Positions 58,991 through 64,000 of a stretch of 64,000 nt of DNA are shown in pieces. The translations under genes were made by a program, and so were the position numbers. The notes below the pieces were generated by a model. The model ran no database searches, was not told the DNA's origin, and saw only the letters and a list, made by a program, of their open reading frames with translations. Every line of letters begins with the position of its first letter. Position 1 is the first letter of the stretch. Source of the stretch: Veleropilina oligotropha (Eukaryota); contig JBEUKZ010000060.1 of NCBI GenBank assembly GCA_048128005.1, forward strand, positions 124,001 through 188,000, given 5' to 3'.

Positions 58991-61900
58991 CTCTATTTAT
59001 GTTTTAATCAGTATTCACCTTGTATACTTTATGCTTCAGCTGTTCATTGGATAATGAACGCTCTAATAAGAAGAGATATATCTGTATTCAATATCAGCAG
59101 AGACCCCATTATCCAAACCGGCTTCTTGTATCTCAAAATAAACTTGTCTTCCCCCAAATTCACTTTATGCAAAAATAATTTTTTGACTGTCACTTACTTA
59201 TATGACATTGGCGCCGGTTATGTAGTTTTCTACGGTTTGCATTCACATTACAATGCGCATTGCATTGTAATATAAACTGTGTGTTGTATGTATGTGTTTA
59301 GTATTATTTACAGCTTAATAGATAATTAATAACAGTATTACGTCGTACGCAATTACTCATTTTCAGTACATGTACTACTACGTACATGACGTATATGCAT
59401 TTTTGTTTTGCAAAAACATCATACAAATAAACTTTCCCTCAACCAAACTTTTGATTATCCGAACTATTTTCATGCCATTAGTTTGGATCATGATGACTAT
59501 GTTGTACATAATGGTATAAATGGATTTGATTGATGCTTGATGTCCTGGTTATTAACAATCATCAGGTTCAAAGTAGGACGTGTCCATATTACTGCGGGAA
59601 GAAAGCCTTGTTGCTCCTGGGAAACCCACCCTCTCTGACCAGTTATGGACAACTGCCATTCTTAACTGAGCAAATAATGACAATGTCCCAACTGAGATTC
59701 GAACCCACTACTGATCGTGTCAGCGGAATGAAGCCAATGATTTTGAAGTCTGCAACCGGAGCGGCCTGTTGTAATGGTATATTAACATGTAAAATAATAT
59801 GGTATAATATCTATGACTGACCGAAATTTCTTTCATCAGTGAATAGCGAATTAACCTTCAAATATTGCTGCCTTTGATATTTTATTAATTCTGTAGTTTG
59901 TTATGCATTTCAGTTGTGTGGAACAAACATTTTACAAGTAAACCGTACAGGATGCGAGTTCAGAATGGAGATTTCATCAATATTGAAACAGATTGGCAAA
60001 GTTTTGTTAATCCATGGACGAAGACCGTGCAATCGATTGTCTGTCAACACCGTGTTCTCGGGTAAGTTAAATTACGTAGTGCTAGCCTATGACCTTATTA
60101 TGACAGCTTTCAGGTAGTACAGTCCGAATGTTATGGGGTAATCCTGTAGTGATCTGAGTTTATAATGACAGATTACATGCAGTATATAGTTCTCGTTCTG
60201 GGGTAAGTCTCTCAGTGATCTAAATTTATGATGAAATCTCACATGCAGTATAGTTCTCCTCCCACGGTAAGTCTAATAGTGATCTGAGCTTATGACCATA
60301 GGTTACATGTATGTAATATAGTACCTGATCACAGACTGCCGAAGTCTCGCGAGATCTCATTGAAATCTCGTCCCTGCTAATCAAACATCAATTCAAGTTT
60401 TACGCGCTAGTCTGAAAGACATGCCTGGAATATTCTCTGTATCCTAGGACATTATTATATGTTTTTATATGTTTTTCTTGGACTTTATTTACAAAACTTT
60501 AATATACAAGAAACGCAATATAAGAATTTTTGGTGGAAATCGTTCGTCATCGACTAATTGGTATTATTGTTTCTGCGAGATGTCTTCCAAAAATCACATA
60601 CCAGGGTGCCTTTTGCCGTCGGGAATGACCCCAACAAGCAGTTGATGGATACCTAGAGTCTTCTCTGCAAGTTGCCCGTGAGATGTTCATCCGTCATTAC
60701 CGCTGGTACGCAGGAGCCAGATGATACTCAGATTAGTCAATGCACAACACCAGGCTTATAGTATCCATGTTGTCCACCTGTATGCTGTCGGTCAGTCAGC
60801 TACACTAGAAGCTTCGGAGATCAACCCAAAACAACAGATCCTACCCAGGATTGCCTTCGGCCTGTAGGATACGGGTCAAGACTGGTCATACTGAGGAGCG
60901 CTTTCCGTCAAGCTGCGGACAGTGCTCTGAGATCGAGACAAAAGACGGACAACCCATTGGATCGAAGTACCATCTCCCCGATGCAAGCCATCCTTCCGAT
61001 GATGACCAACGTGGAGAGTCCTCGACAGACCGACTGCGTTTGGAGAGGTAGTCAGCGATCTTTTTACCGTTATACCTCTGAACCGAGTGGGAGACCCACA
61101 GTCCTACGCATCGCCTGTTCTCTTTCCTCAAGCTCAGTTCTCCGGGATCGACCACTCCATGGGAGTTACAGGGCCCTGGTACATGAACGCTCTTTTCCAC
61201 GCAGTCCATTCACCTTGCGTCGCTGTGACTTTGAGCGAAGTCCGGGCTTCCTTTTAAGAGCATCTTGGCAATTCAACTTGTACATTGTAAGGAGACAGTG
61301 AAATATTCGAATACCCACATAGTCTTCGATAGGTAAGATTCCTCTGGGCCACCAAGCATTTGTTACTGTTCGCTTCTGTTGGTATGTGCCTGGTGACTGA
61401 GCCCGCACCAGTAGATGGAGCCTTACGCAGACTGATGGCCAGTCAAGCTCCCTCAACAATCAAGGAAACTTTTGAAAGCTGCGGCTGGCCTTGACCCATG
61501 ATTTTATCCTGGACGGGCTATCGCCGTACTGGAGCAGGATGGGCCTGGCACTCACGAGACCGCTCTATCATTCTTGCCTGAGGTTACTGCCACCACGGAG
61601 GCCAACGCGATGGAGACTGGACGAGTACAGGACAATGCTCTCTAACTTTGTAGGGACACTTGCCTAGACCAAACCCGGCACTCCCTTGGATGTGCACCCC
61701 TGTCGGGGACAAATTTGTCGACAAGTGGTCGGTTGAACTGAAGAACCATGCCATTGAGAAGGCAGTAATTGCTCCCTACCAGAGTGCACCTGCCAACTAA
61801 TAAAGTGGAACTGCTCCACCAAAGTAGCAACCTGCTTTTAAGCATGCTATGATTAACAGTGAACCTCTGACCCAGAAACCCGCTAAAGCCTCCGGGCTTC

Positions 61901-62149
61901 CATCGCAGTCTCGTCAGAGCAACAATGTAAAGCGGCTCTAGCGTTGCCAGCACTCATGACGGACTCTGTTAGCGTACAGCCAATCATGGCTGGACCTGAC
62001 TGATGACAATGTGAGTGCTCGATTAAAGTTGGCATTCAACCGCCAATCAATCCTAGCAGAGCAACCACTACCACGAAACAGTCTCCCGCCAGATGAGAAA
62101 CAACTGGCATAGGCCAGGCATTGTGGGCTTTATTCCAGAACGGATCCAT

Positions 62150-63250
62150 GTAACCCGCGCCGCCAGTACATCAGTATATTACAGGACTTCACTTTTTCCT
62201 GGTCCCGAAACCTAAAACTAATGGCCATTGGCGACAGCACCTTAATCTCTCGCAACTCACTGGTATCTTCGCAAAGAGTAGTTTCAGCATGAAACTATCA
62301 TGAAGATAAATGCGGCCATCCTGATGTGTACCTGCAAGTTTCTCTGCACTCAGCGTAACCTTCTGTCTATCGTCAACCCAATGCGTCTTTACGAGAACAA
62401 TACAAGCTCTGGAGGCTTTCTTACAGGGTACACATTTACCTCGACGACTGGTTGATCCTCGGGGGCATCCCGGAATCGGTGCCTTCAGTCAACGAGCATT
62501 ACTCTGTCATCGGCAAAGCGCCCAGGATTTCAACGAGGCTCAGTTACGTTTCTCCGAGTCAACTTCGATACAGTTCGGTGCACTCTACACCCAGTTTTTA
62601 GGACACGGAGGTAACTGCGGCACTTCAACTGGCCGGTGTCCTTGGGCACGGAGTCAGATGTATGGACAAACTTCCGTTGCAGCAGGCATATCATGACCGC
62701 TGGGTGGGGCAGTGGAAGGATCTCTTGGCGTAATTGAATCCTGGGTTATTGACTGGTTCCCATATCTCCGTCAGAACCGAATGCCTTTTTGTTTACAGAT
62801 GCTTCGAATGAAGGCTGGGGGCTCACCACAACAGTTATGTGACATCTGGTCTTTGGCACCGGAGTTGCGTGATCATCACATAAACTTTTTAGAATTCAAA
62901 GCAGTATACCTCGCAATACAGTCTTTCTCGCCTCATCTCTGTCTCTGCAACAAGCATATTATGCTAACAACCGAACACACAACAGTCGTAGCTTATATTC
63001 GACACCAGGTCAGAAGTCGATCGCATCCCCTTTGTGACCGGACAATCGATCTACATCGCCTAGTGATGTCCTTTGGCTTGACGATTTGTGCAAGACGCAT
63101 TTCGGGAAAGTTGAACGTCAGACAGGACTCGCATTCATGGAAATCGCAGGGTATACGCATGGAATGGATGCTACGAAGTGATGTAGCACGGGAATTTTGT
63201 CGCCTGTGCTTGTGGTCATAACCCCAAGGCAATCTATTCGATACACCGAC
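62150..63250 (+). pseudogene. Degenerate DIRS-type retrotransposon RT/RNase H; the relic may extend back to ~60560
   Basis: YLDDWL at ~62437; RNase H-like HINFLEFKAV...TTVVAYI...ISGKLNV...EWML. Confidence 0.75.
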
Positions 63251-63751
63251 ATCCTTAACCCTGATTGATGTTCATGTTTTCCGTGCTGGAGCTGGCACCA
63301 GATTCGACTATTGCCTTGTTTATTTGGTTAAAGTTTCGAATTGAGTGTATATAGCTTGCCCATGATACTTTTTGGCATATATATGCTTTTGTAGGCATTA
63401 TATGGACTAGCATTGGTACCCGTCTTCGCCGGGCAAGTCCCCCCACCCCATTTTTTTTTTTTTTTTTTTTGGATAGTGCTCCCTTAAATATTTTTTTTTT
63501 TCCCGAATTTTCCGATTTTTTTTCGTGGTAAACCTTCCTTGGGGGACCCCGATTAACCCCCCAAAGTTTGAAGGTCCTAGGTCAAAGCGTCTGGGAGGAG
63601 TTCAACTTGAAACAGACAGACAGACACACATACAATTATAGCTCCATTATATTAAGATGACACCTGGTACTCTGGAAGTGAGATTGAATAAAATTTAATA
63701 TAATTATTGCATAAATGTATGTGTTTTTGAACATAGAAATTTTGGTTAAAG

Positions 63752-64000
63752 TTTTGATACGCCCGTTAACGGGACGTATTATGTTTTCACCCACGTTGGG
63801 CGGGCGGGCGGATAGAAGTTGTCTGCTCAATAAGTGGAGTAATTTTCATCCAATCTTGACCAAACTGGATAAAGATGTTTTTAGCGATAATATATAAGTC
63901 AATTTCGATAACCAGCATCATCAGACCATTAGAACTAGAGTTATGGCCCTTGCAATATTCAAAATGGACAAAATACACAGTGTCCCCTCAATAAGTTGAG
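63752..64000 (+). mobile_element. 5' end of a Helentron/DINE-like element
   Basis: atacgcccgttaacgggacgtat hairpin followed by (ggcg)n; related to sequence at ~30030-30190. Confidence 0.5.

Overview
AT-rich, repeat-dense eukaryotic DNA, probably from a marine invertebrate (inferred from the transposon families present); no ordinary host gene was recognised. The main feature is a full-length 17.1-kb endogenous Polinton/Maverick-like virus at 3391-20489. It has ~190-bp TIRs (AGCAGCAG...CTGCTGCT) and a 5-bp TSD (AGAGC), and encodes a rve integrase, an A32-like packaging ATPase, probable major and minor capsid proteins and several membrane proteins. Instead of a canonical protein-primed PolB it carries one frameshifted gene that appears to join an HeH/Rho_N-like N-terminus, an OTU-like protease, a PolB-like palm, an SF1 helicase and an HNH nuclease. 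Removing a MITE from the left arm restores a hidden 142-aa secreted, Cys-rich gene resembling a cystine-knot cytokine. The rest of the window is nested mobile DNA: a Penelope GIY-YIG remnant and a hammerhead ribozyme, a tRNA-derived SINE family, Helentron/DINE-like elements carrying satellites, an 11-kb CMC/EnSpm-like element with a spliced accessory-gene relic, a 4.4-kb foldback element, and RTE and DIRS relics. All protein assignments are from motifs read by eye; no searches were run.
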